A stretch of DNA of 64,000 nt from Amphiscolops sp. MND2022 (taxonomy: Eukaryota), in NCBI GenBank assembly GCA_964187785.1, contig OZ076409.1, positions 60,390,001-60,454,000 on the forward strand, written 5' to 3'. Each line of letters begins with the position of its first letter. Position 1 is the stretch's first letter. Below the pieces are notes generated by a model, which searched no databases, was not told the DNA's origin, and saw only the letters and a list, made by a program, of their open reading frames with translations. Below, piece by piece: positions 52,627-64,000 of this stretch. The translations under genes and the position numbers were made by a program.

Positions 52627-55600
52627 GCATGTTATAACCAAACTTATCATAACAGGGCAGTTTATTTTGACGAAAAACACCAGAGAGTTATAACCGGATA
52701 ATTGTTCCTTATAGGAAAATTCTATTTAAAGTGGCTTCAATCTATCAAGCTTCAGTTTTGTGATGAAGATTGAAATTGAAGCTTGCAAAAATTCGTTGTT
52801 TGTAAAAACCACTTACAATTTAAATTTTTTAACTATGGCTAGCTTTCAATAATCTTTGTTTTTGAAACGTCGTGTACGAACTGAACTTCGTAAATATTGA
52901 GAGTGAAAAATCATTTTTTGCAGCGAAATGAGTTCTTGTCTCATTTTTTATTAATTTTGTGATTAATATTGTAACGTGTGCGTTAGACAGTGAGGCGCAA
53001 TTTGGAGCGTTGACCGCAAAAAACGGCAAAAAAGTCATTTTCATTATTATAAATTGTACATAGATGTGAAATATTTGACTGTGCATGAAATCTTTTGGGA
53101 GCGAAGTTTATTGAATTTATGAGGGAAAGTCAAACCCAGAAAATTGCACTTTGAAATAGGACTTGTGTTGCTGATCACTTGAACAAAAGCGTATTGAAGG
53201 ATATTATTGCGTCTCATCTGTCATACATAAAAATCAATCGGGGAGTGTCTTGTGTTTATGACGTAATCTTACGTAAAAATGACGCAATAGACATTGATAG
53301 GTCCCGCGGGAAGAATGAGGGATTTCTCTGTATAGCTCCTTCTGTTGACATAAATTTAAAAGGCCGTTGGCGGGGAAAGATGAAAAAGAGAAAAAAGTCA
53401 GAGGTCTCACTCGGGAATTCTCGACTCACACCTTTATTAGTACACCTTCTGATTTGAATAAGTGGATGTTGACCTAAAAGCGGGGAGAAAGAATGTGGTG
53501 AGTCAGTTGAATTGGGCTGTGAAATTACATTGCTCAAAAAATGGAAAAAAACGTCTGATTATTTTTCCAAGAAAGACACAAAACTCATTTTTTTCCTAAA
53601 AATTCAAAATGCTTTTGGAGGAAGCTAATACCGACGAGCGTTTCGCATCAGATGTTCAACTCTCATGTATGTATATTAGAGCGTATACTAGAAAAAAAGC
53701 TTTTATAAGTTATGACCAAAATGACACCAAAAGAAATAAATTGTGTGCAGTTCGCATGTTTATAAAGAAGAAACACACGTTCAAGTGCACATAATTGTAA
53801 ACACAGCGTCTAAAGCTGTTCTATTTGTGGAACATGACCGATGGCCCAGCAGGAGGTCAAGCGTCAACTCGTCACCGTTATCAGAAATGGCGGGAGACGA
53901 GAAGGAGTGTGGGGACAGGTTGTTAAACAGAAGTGTGATCACGTTGTGATGTCACAATGACGACTGACAACTTATAGGTTGTTCACACATAAAGTGATAC
54001 TGTTCACACAAACTCATCACAAGCAAGTGAGAGAACATATAGACTTTTCACACTTCTATTCTTGGCAGGGATCTACTAGTAAAAACGAGCCTGTATTCAA
54101 ACTTTGTCAATCATTCGGACCTGTATTTGGCTTGAGGTCTCTCTTTTGTCAGTTGCGTATGTTGGGCACAGTTTAACCACGCATTGTGATTCTAGGCGCC
54201 GTGTCTTGAGATCAGGAACAGAGTCGGCGACACGAATAAACAATTAAAACAGGTCATTGATTAATTGGTGACCTCTTTTGTTCCGAAATGTACGAATCAG
54301 GCCCTTCGCCTTCGGTGACCATTTTTTCATTGAAAGTGGGGCAAACTTTTGTGGTTTATAGTCCAACAATAAACGCTTCTAGCCACCTCTCGAATTCTGT
54401 CGAGCTTGCTTTCATCTGTTGGCAAAACGTGGCGGATGACCCAATTGCAAACTAGAATTTATTCTTTCATGTTAACAACAAAGACCTCTCAAGTAGAACG
54501 GGTTTGAGGGTTTTTAGGTTAGAGAATACAATTAACATGGCAGTGAAATGTTAAACACAATAAATTATTAGAGCGACAAGTAGGAATAAACAACGCCGAT
54601 CCTTCTTTGATACGTTTCTTTGATTTGCCCAACTGTGCAAAACTCTCGAAAACGGATCCTCCATCTGCGTTATTAGACCACCAATAATTTTTATCATGAA
54701 GTGTAGATTCTTTACACAGATTTCATGCGGCACTGAAATGTCGTTTATTAGAAAACATTGTACATCTACATGAAAAGTGCGGAAATTCGCCAAAAAGGAA
54801 TAATGATTTGATGAATGATCTGATCAATGGAACGATACATTTCATATCATAGCTGAAAAGATTAGTAGTGCCATGCCTAGCTAAATCTGACATTTTGTAT
54901 ACCAAAGGCTGACTCTAAAATTCACAGACCATTGATTTTATGCGAAACAACGAAATTTTATCACGCCATACCATAAAAAGTGTTTTTCCATGCATGCTTT
55001 TCCAGACAAAATGTGTAATCGATTGATGAACAAGTATACGTAGACACTTCATTTCTTCAACTCTTGGCTCTCACTTATTTCCCTAATTCCTACAAGACTA
55101 GCATTTTAGGTGCCTCTAATCAAAAAGCACTATTTTGTTCAGGTGTTCTTGGTCCGTTATCTCTTCTCTAGTTGGCTTTTCGTCGTCTTACCATCGCATG
55201 CGCGTAGTGTCTACGCTTTTATTACCAAAAAATAGCGTCATAAAATGACGACTTTTTCCAATAATGCCCGCCTGTTTGGCCAAAAATTATGGATGAGCAA
55301 TATTTTGAACATCCTACACGTGTAACAAACGTGAATAGAAACTCCTGGGATTTTTCTTTTGCTTATTTTTCAGACTGAAGGAAGTAATTGAATGCAGTGA
55401 GGCGAAGGAAAAGAATTAATATTCATTTTGTAAAATATTTGCACATACTTTTATGAAACAAGCTTTTAAAATCCCGCTGTTGCGTAGCTGGAAAAGCTCT
55501 TGGCTCAATTAGTGATTTCCTTTCGGCACAGCGAGACACGCCATGTGGTCCTAAGCGGATTTACCATGCAAGTTCACGTTCGCCAATTAGCAAATTGATG

Positions 55601-58600
55601 AAAGTTCGATAACAATTCAGTTTACATGCAAAACATTGATGTTTTGATTTGCATTCAAGGAGCTGAAAATACAACCGATGGCTTGATTTTATTTTGATTT
55701 TAACCTAGGAGATTTTAACCTGATACCGTAATACTGTGTGGTTAACTTGTATGAAATTAAAGAGAAAGATTGATTAAGTTTTGCATTTGTGATAGGAAAT
55801 GGTTAATTTCAATTTCTTATCTGCATTTTCCGATGCTCAATTTCAGCAAATTTTTCTGATTATTGGCTGAATTCTGCAAAAAATAACATTAATTATGTTT
55901 ATAATGTTCATAACATTAATTATTGGTCTGAATATTGACTGAATTTCGCAACAAACTTGCATCAAAATTGTTGCACGTTTTTCTGCAAAAATTAGATTGT
56001 TAAATTGATCAAAAAAACTCAGCAACAAAGATATTTGATGTCCAAGGCAATTGGTTTAACCTTATTTAGACAACGTAAATTTTGCAACGGATGCAAAAAA
56101 AATTAACGAATTTCCAAACGCTTTACGCAAATACCAGTTTTCCCCTCATGTATCTTTTTTGCATTAACTGCTTCCTGATTTTTCTGAAATTTTTCAGATA
56201 AGCGCCATATCTTATGTACTATCAGTTCATAATTTCCCATAGTAATTTGATGTTTTTTACTATACTGAGGAGAGTTATATCAAAATGATACCATTCAAGT
56301 TTTTTTTTTCAATTCATGACTCGTTGAGAGAGAAACTTATTCTCAAGTGACAAAATGGCAAGACTCAATTTTAGATATTAGCGCATTGTTGCGTAATCTA
56401 AATCAAGTTCTTTTTATGACGTTCAACCGAAGCAAATTATGTCCCATAGTTCTGCAGGGATGCTAAGCAATATCACGATTTCGATTTTTATCCTAGCGGC
56501 TCGCATTTTCAAATGTGTGCATTCAACCGCGCCAAACCATTGAAGCACGTCATTTTTTTCCTTTATTCTTTTTTTTCAAGCCATCCTCCAAACGTTTCAC
56601 GTCAATTTTTATAATTTCTCGTCGCCACGTTTTGCAACGAATGTGTGAAAAGTGCCATCGCGATGTGAAAACCGCTTATTGCCAGTTAAATTGGTCTGGA
56701 ACAAATTGGTTTCACGTGTTTCTCGCTTTTGACCATTTTTATTAGATGTAGTGCTCTTACCATTCGAAAAAGAAACTCAAGCGAACGCGCGTGTTCGCTC
56801 AATTTTTTTCACAACTGCCGCTTAATGAAGAGTGAACAAAAAATCGTAGGCATGTTTTTTTCGCAAAGTGAACAAATAGTTTTACTACTGTTTCGCCACA
56901 TAATTGTGAATAATAGCAATTAGAAAGATTTTTATCAATTGAAAAACCCTTTGTGTGAATTTTTAAATCGACGTTAGAGGTTCGCGGTAGAGCAAATTGT
57001 TTTATTTAGTCGAAATAAAGAATTGAAAGAAACTGTTAGAATGCACAGCAAAAGATTGCTGAAAACATGGTTCCTAATTCGACGTGATCATTTAAACGTT
57101 TGAGTATTTAGTTTGATCAAAATATTAGAATACTTCCCTCAGAGCTTATTTCTGCGAAAGCTGAATCATTGTTTCTGAAACTATCTACCTATCCTTGTTG
57201 AAGTTTATTCAATTTGTAACCTTAGATTAAGCGAGCAAAGGGAAACGCATTAATGAGGGAAAGGGTTTTAACTAAAACTATACCGAAAGTGGTTTCAGGG
57301 AGAAGAAATATATCACAGTGACGTTTATATTATATACCAGGTGTTGTATTCAGAGGGGACCTGTTTCAAATGAGGGCACTGTAAATTGTGGGGCATTTTG
57401 TCATTACTTGCAACCCGTTACTTACAGCTAATCAATCAAGCGGCCCCTGTTTTAGTTAGGGAGCCAGGCTGAATTATTTTGGGTTGCGGCGCCTAATACA
57501 GACTTTATCTTTCGGGTTTTGTTTGTTTTCATGTTCTACTCGCAATTCTGTGTAAAGTAGGTGATAGACAAAAAGAAAAGTGTTAATAAATCAAAGGAAG
57601 TGTGAACCGGTTATTTTGTTCACTCGGCAGCTTAATGTGCATATCTGTTGAAACGCTAGAACCAACAGTTGTTTACAATTATAGGCAAAGTTTGCGCTGT
57701 TTGCAACTTTTGCCGCCAAATCGGTGTCAACAAGGAAGACAGTTGCGGAGCCTTCGGTGCATTTGGCGACTGGGAAAAGTTGCAATTTGGTTTGAATGTT
57801 TGGCGTCAAATTGAATGGGCGATAGATTATTTGCAAAGAAAGTAACAATGTTCAAAACCAACACACCAAATTGGAAACACGGTTTAACAACTTTGACAAA
57901 GTGTGCGCCCAGTCACCGCTAGGTGTCGCTACTTGCCCGACCGACAGCCAAATGTCGACATTAAAGTTGCCTTTTGTTAAATTAATGTTGACTTTTTTCG
58001 CAGCCTTATTTCCCCTCTAGTAAATACACTTTTCCTCTTGTAACGGCTGCAATCAGCTTTAAATTACTCATTTTCCTAGCAATTTCCGCTCCTGGCCGTA
58101 CGCAAACACAAGAAAAGCGCCGCTTTTGTTATTTTCATTGCCTTAATTTTTCAACTTTCCCGCCGTCGCAAAACACCACCGCACATTTAATAAGTCCCTC
58201 GCAAATTTTCGATTCCTACATTCCCTATCGCTCGCTTTTTCCACGCTTTTCCCTACTAACTTCCAAGCAAAAGCGAAAGAAACTACTTTTGTGACCAAGC
58301 TTACAGCAGAAAAATTAAAAGCTACGCGTTTGGAAAAAGAAACGAACGAACTGTTTATCCAAGTTCAACGTAGCTTATATAAATGAAGCGTGCAGAAATG
58401 ATTATCAACATAGATATTTGCGCAAATATTGCTTTTCTCTCTCTAGGTAAAGTCCCCTCCTCGCCATCTCCCATTCATCACTTCCTAATATCGAATGCTG
58501 TTTGAAACGAACAACTAAAAGAAGAAAAATGCTTGCGTGAAGTTTTTTATCAAGAAACAAAAAAAACAAGGAAATCAGGTCAATGAAAAGTATGAAAAAA

Positions 58601-61034
58601 TGTGATACAATAAATGTCATATATGGTTAAAATAGGGTGATAATTTTTGAATGCACTTAAGAAGAAAAGTGTTTTTACAATATCCGTTTTTATCCATGGC
58701 TTGTATTTATTGTCGTTGTGTGGGCAGTTTGTTCACGTAGCGATAAATTTACAAATGATTGATGTATATAAAAGTATATAAACTACATGCAACTACTGTG
58801 ATTGACTGGAGGTAGAATAACGTGGATGCAATGACATGTAGACTGACAGCCACAAGCCATTGTCTGTACATTACGCTATCGATTATGTAATCTCTCTTCT
58901 CCATGGGATATAGCAACTGACTTTCCTTCCTTTTATCAGTCCCTTTATTGTGGACATACATTTTTGTATTTCATCATTCCGAGTTTGCATTCCAGATTTC
59001 CTGTAAACAAGCCAGAACGGCATGAGTCGGCGCCCAGCTTAAGACTCAAAAAAGCAAAGTGCTTTCTGAAACGAGCTGTTTCTGAAAAATTCTAAATCTC
59101 AAGCGCCAAAAATACTCAAAGGGAGAACCCGTCGGGCTGGAAAAAGAATTTTTTGGATACATTGAAAAACGACGAAAAGCCACCACAATAGTCGCCTTTA
59201 ATTTCATGAAGTGCTGAGTAAAAATCAAGAAATATTTTATGAAAAAACCAAAACCTAGCCTCTAAACGCTGTTATTAAAAATCAGTCGAGATCAGTTATG
59301 AAAAGCAAAAAGGAAAAATATTTATAAAAAGGAATTCCAGTTTTGCAAGATATCAAGTTGTAGGTGTTATGGTTTTTGCTGTTTATAAATCAGGTTGGTG
59401 GGTGGGTTTTTTCAAGGAGCCTTGCTTTTTGTGCGATTTTTATGGTGGTTATTTTCGTTACATTGCTGTTTTTTCCTCAGACAAGGTTTGTGGCATTATT
59501 GTGGGGTATCAGTGGTGAATGGAGTTGATTAATATGCGGGGCTTCTTGTTAATAAGGGATTTGTCATTTGAACAATTGCAAATTGCAAAGAGCTTCAACA
59601 GGAGCAGAAAAAGAATAGAACAGGTTGAAGAAAAGCCGCTTAACTTGCTCTAAAAACAGCTTTACAGGCATTTTCAATAACCACAATCATTTACTTCTAT
59701 TCACCAGCGCCAACGAAAAGCACCACTCGAAAAAGAATCACTCTTCCCTTATGCTATACACGTATGTAGACTTCCCCCGATCTGTTGCCTTCCGTAGAGA
59801 CTGCTCGGTTGTTGCGACCATCATTGCGACTAGAGCTTGTAAAAAGCAAAGATACCCGTGTTATCGAGGCTACAAGTAACTTCCAATGTTCATTTTTAGC
59901 AACCATGGAAAAGCCATGCAATGGCAAAATAATAGGTTCATACGAGTAATAATAGCCACATTGATACGTCTAATTCTGGCCCCTAAAAGAAGAAAAAATT
60001 CCTCAATATTACCGCCTTTTCTTACCTGACATACTTTCTATTCCATGCTTGTAATTACCCTCCCCCTGTTTGGCAAAAAGAGGCCATGCATGACAAGGAA
60101 GAGGCAGGAGCAAAATAAGTTTTCATATGTTAATTACCATAAAATGCATGTCTGACGGTTCTGTGACATTAAGGCTAAGGAAGTAATTGTCCCAAGATGT
60201 CATTTTGGGGGATTGAGTAACGTTGACAGGAAGTGTTATTAAGCTTACCACTCAGCACTAGGGGAGAAATTGGAATTTTGTGCTAGCTCCACGACGCCTA
60301 TGATTCATGCAAAGATTTCCATGTACTTTTTATTTCCATTGTCAGCAAAATTATCATCCTCACATTGGACAACCTTATTAGTATTTCTGACTTCACTGGT
60401 CTCAGAAAATGCAGTAAAAAGTGTTTTTATGTAAGTTCCAATTAGAATAACGAATTGCTGTGCGAATTATGGGCAAAAAGATTGACTGTTTTTTGGTAAT
60501 GAGATAAAATTCTAACGCTGTTTGCAAAATATTTTGCACCTAGTTTCTTTAACCTCCGTGGTTTGTGTGGAGCATCTAATTTTTACATTTTAATTACTAT
60601 CTTGTTGCGGTTTCAAGACTATGGAAAGCCCCTTGCGAATACAGGATTTTTCTGTACTTTGAATTTAGTTGAATCTCTTTGTAGTTACCAAAAAATTCTC
60701 ATGCTTGGTTTTCACGATGTCCGAAAGCCACTAAACCTCCCAGACGAGTGATGTTTTTGAAAGAAAACGATATGTTACGGCTCGAAGACTTTATAGAACA
60801 ATGATATTTCAACTTAAAAAGTACATTTGTGAAATAAAATTGCGCAAAATTTGAAAATTGATCAAAAAACAAACTCAAACAAGTAAAAAAAGTAACTTTC
60901 ATCGTAATGAGAATAGTCGAGAATTTCCAAAAAATGATTAGATAGAAGGGACTATTATGTGTTTTTTTTTACTTGACATAAGTTAGCAGCAAATAAAATG
61001 GTAGAATTTAATCGTAATTAAATCTGATTTCCAG

Positions 61035-61280
61035 ACCCCTAGACCACGAAAAGATGAAGCAATGCGTGCTCAACATTTCTGGCACCGACCAGAGAGGCGA
61101 AGGTTTGACTGGCAACATCGTGATCACTATCCGGACATTGGACACAAATGATAATGCACCCTACTTTGAGAAAGTTGTTCACGCTCACTTCGAGAATCCC
61201 CCAAAAAAGGGTGACACCATTGCCATCTTGACAGCCAATGACGCCGACAGCGACGACAGAAACAGGATAAGCAGTTTCAG
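61035..61280 (+). CDS. Cadherin gene exon (phase 2/2)
   Basis: TTTCCAG acceptor, GTTAGA donor. Translates PLDHEK...GTDQRG...TLDTNDNAPYF...TANDADSD. Confidence 0.94.
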
Positions 61281-61382
61281 GTTAGACAAAGACTAAATTG
61301 AGATAATTTCAATAATATTGCCACACGGTTTTTCACGCAGAGTTAAAGATGGGACATGTCGGGAATGGCCATGCAGGAATAG

Positions 61383-61795
61383 CCCGTACTGACAACCCAG
61401 AGCAAACCACCAATGGCCACCGCGGTGACCATACTGGAATAAGATCTAAATCACCCGAAAATCACTAGAATAAGATTTAAACTCACTGGATAACCAGTGG
61501 AAAATGTCTTTCGGACACAATCTGAAACTGTAAACAGGGTTTACAGAAACTTCAGAACCGGTCCTGATAATTTCCCATTTTGTTTGGCTTCGATGCGTTA
61601 GGGGCGCAAATAACGTCTAAAGGTATTTCGTGAAAGGTATTTAGTGAATCATTCAGTTGCTAGAAATTTTGAACGAAATTTTCACTTTCAAAATTTTCGA
61701 ATTTTCCACCGATGGTCAACCGGGCGTAAGCTAATTTTCCCTCACCGGTGGCCATCGATGGCCAGATGTGGGTTACCATGGGTTGTCAGTACGGG
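61383..61795. mobile_element. 413-bp MITE with CCC...GGG ends and a 2-bp TSD (EnSpm/CMC-like)
   Basis: Perfect 17-bp TIR CCCGTACTGACAACCCA / TGGGTTGTCAGTACGGG. AG on both flanks (61381-61382 and 61796-61797). ATGGCCACCG / CGGTGGCCAT subterminal motifs. Confidence 0.88.
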
Positions 61796-62927
61796 AGCGT
61801 CTAAAGCCATGTCATAATCATTCCATATCTTAGTGCATAGAGTTTTAGTTGTTGTTCCTCAGACGTTGTTCCCGCCCCAGTGAAAGAATAGTTTTCCTTG
61901 ATTGAACCTTCCTAAATGATGAGAGTTGAGAAAAATCAATTTTTCGCATCCCTGGAAGCCTAACTTTCGTATATTTTTTAAAGAATACAAAAAATCCGTT
62001 CTGGACTAACTATGATAAAAGGCTCTTCTTAAAAAACCTAAGAAGGCAGTGAAAGTTTCAAAAATTAAAAAAGCAGCGAAACTATATGGTTGAAAAGTTG
62101 CCTCTGTTAATTTTTTTAATCATTTGATGAAATTTTTTTAGCTCAACAAAATCTTTCATAATTTGACAAATTCAATATGTTACAGAAAAAAAAGTATTTT
62201 CCCTGCAATTTTCTTCAATATTTTGCCGCCGGCTTTCAAGTCTGTGTGAAATTTGGATGAAAGGCAAATCTTTTTCATCAAAGTTCCAAGAAATAAACTG
62301 TTAGGCTCCGAGTTTATTGAAGTTTTCTGTCGTTTTGTATACTGTCGGGAAAATTTTAAGCGGTTTCTGAAGTCATGAAAAGAAAAATTGACTGCTTTTT
62401 CAACCTTTTCCGTAGCAACTACAACGTTCTCATGAAAGCGTATGGTTAATATCTAGTAATCGTGGAGTTTTTAGACCTTGTATAGGTTTCTAACTAATTG
62501 CGATATAAATCGAATTTAATGATACCTGTATAGTTTTTTTAATCAGTAGTTTAGTCACGAATTATCAATTCGTAATTTTTCTCGACTTGAGTTTATCCGA
62601 AGGCAATTCGAATTCCTTGTGAGTTTATTACTAAGTGCAAAGTTTGTATGAACTGCTAATTTTTTTTAAAGCCGAGAAAATAACGTTTTTTTCTAGGATT
62701 GTCTTTTATTCAAATAGACTTTTTCTTTTAGTATCTGAAAATTTGAATTCTACAGCACATGAATTTTCATGAAAAACGAACTTTTCATAAATTCACTTAA
62801 TTTTTCTACTAAACAACGTCAATCATCGATCGGCGTTATTCGTTTATTTTACCAACACCAAATTTACGCAAAGTCATTTTTTAAACAATAAATGCCATTT
62901 TTGAAAGTATTTTTATATATTTTTCAG

Positions 62928-63067
62928 TTTCATCAACGGTTCCACTGAGACCGAGGATTTCAAGCTGACAGGGACGAAAAACGAGAAGTTGGTTGCTTCT
63001 AAAGACCTAGACAATTCCAGCTACCTGTTTCTCGTTGAGGCCAAAGACCCTAAATTTTCCTCTACAG
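62928..63067 (+). CDS. Cadherin gene, last exon visible in the window (phase 2/1)
   Basis: TTTTTCAG acceptor, GTTAGT donor. Translates FINGSTETEDFKL...ASKDLDNSSYLFLVEAKDPKFSST, continuing the repeat from the previous exon in frame. Confidence 0.85.
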
Positions 63068-64000
63068 GTTAGTGAATCGATGACTCGGTCTTATCTAATT
63101 CGTTCACAACATACGAGTAAAAATGATATAAGATTTTATGAAGTTATTTCGAGATACTACTATTTCAATCAACAAAATCCACGTTGAGTAGTATTGAATA
63201 GTAGAGAAATTGAAAAAAAAATGAACGAAGAAATCTTTCATTTTTGTTCCGTGGAATGGTCGAGTGTTTTGAGACGCAAGCAAAAGCAAAACAAAATTTT
63301 AGAATTTAACAAAAAAATGAAAACTCGCTTACTACTTCCAAAAGTTTTTCAACAATTTGTTGACTCATTTTTTCATCCGTCATTTTTTCCGCTTTTCTTG
63401 TGAATCAATTGGAGCCAAGTTCATTAATTTTTTCTCGTTTTTTTTTCATTTTTTCAGCAATTTTTGTCTGTTCCTGCTAATTGCGGCTAAAATTCTGGAC
63501 AAGACGTCGCCAAGATAGCTCAAAATCATAGCAATCAAAAGTGTCAAAAATGCAATTTTGACATTACTGAAAATAAATCGTGCTAGTAATCAACTCAGAA
63601 CGCAAAAAAAATCAGGAAAAAAAGGCAGTGAAAAAAATTAATGATGAGAAAAAATCTTCCCGACTCAGACCAAAGTTGGGGGAATGATTAATGAGATGGA
63701 AATTAAAGTGATTGTTCAAGTGTATCGAAGTACAAACATCTTTGAAGTTGAGCCTTAACTCCCAAGTGAAGAAATTTGTAAAGGGTGAGAAAAGGTCGAT
63801 GAACTCTTAATGTCCTTTATCAACACTCTAATATCCGCCATCGTATTCAAATATACGCCCCCTATTATAGTATTACTCACCGCCCTCACACAACTGTTGT
63901 AAAAAGTTCTTTTTACATGTACAAAAGGTTGTAAAGTTTTGTATAAAAATGTTATGGTTCAAGAAAACTTTGTAGTTTTCAATTTTTTGCTCTCATAAGT

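Overview
AT-rich, repeat-dense eukaryotic DNA, most likely from an invertebrate animal; the species cannot be determined from the sequence alone. The only host gene I can support is a + strand cadherin. Six internal exons (31076-31235, 37792-38025, 50263-50417, 50925-51199, 61035-61280, 62928-63067) have GT-AG boundaries and splice in frame into about 403 aa of tandem extracellular cadherin repeats, resembling a long invertebrate (DN-cadherin-like, type III) classical cadherin. The gene is incomplete at both ends, so the first 31 kb is probably one large intron. The transposons are: a 5'-truncated, degenerate non-LTR retrotransposon of the CR1/L2 group (~3502-7436); a full-length Tc1-like element with two frameshifts and apparent DD35E spacing (28744-30026); two CCC...GGG non-autonomous families with 2-bp TSDs (EnSpm/CMC-like); a foldback/Mutator-like element with a 9-bp TSD; and several copies of a Helentron-associated (HINE/DINE-1-like) family. 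Two loci carry long perfect palindromes next to 122-bp tandem duplications. I found no CRISPR array, rRNA or intact tRNA gene, and no clear evidence of a wholly new biological system.
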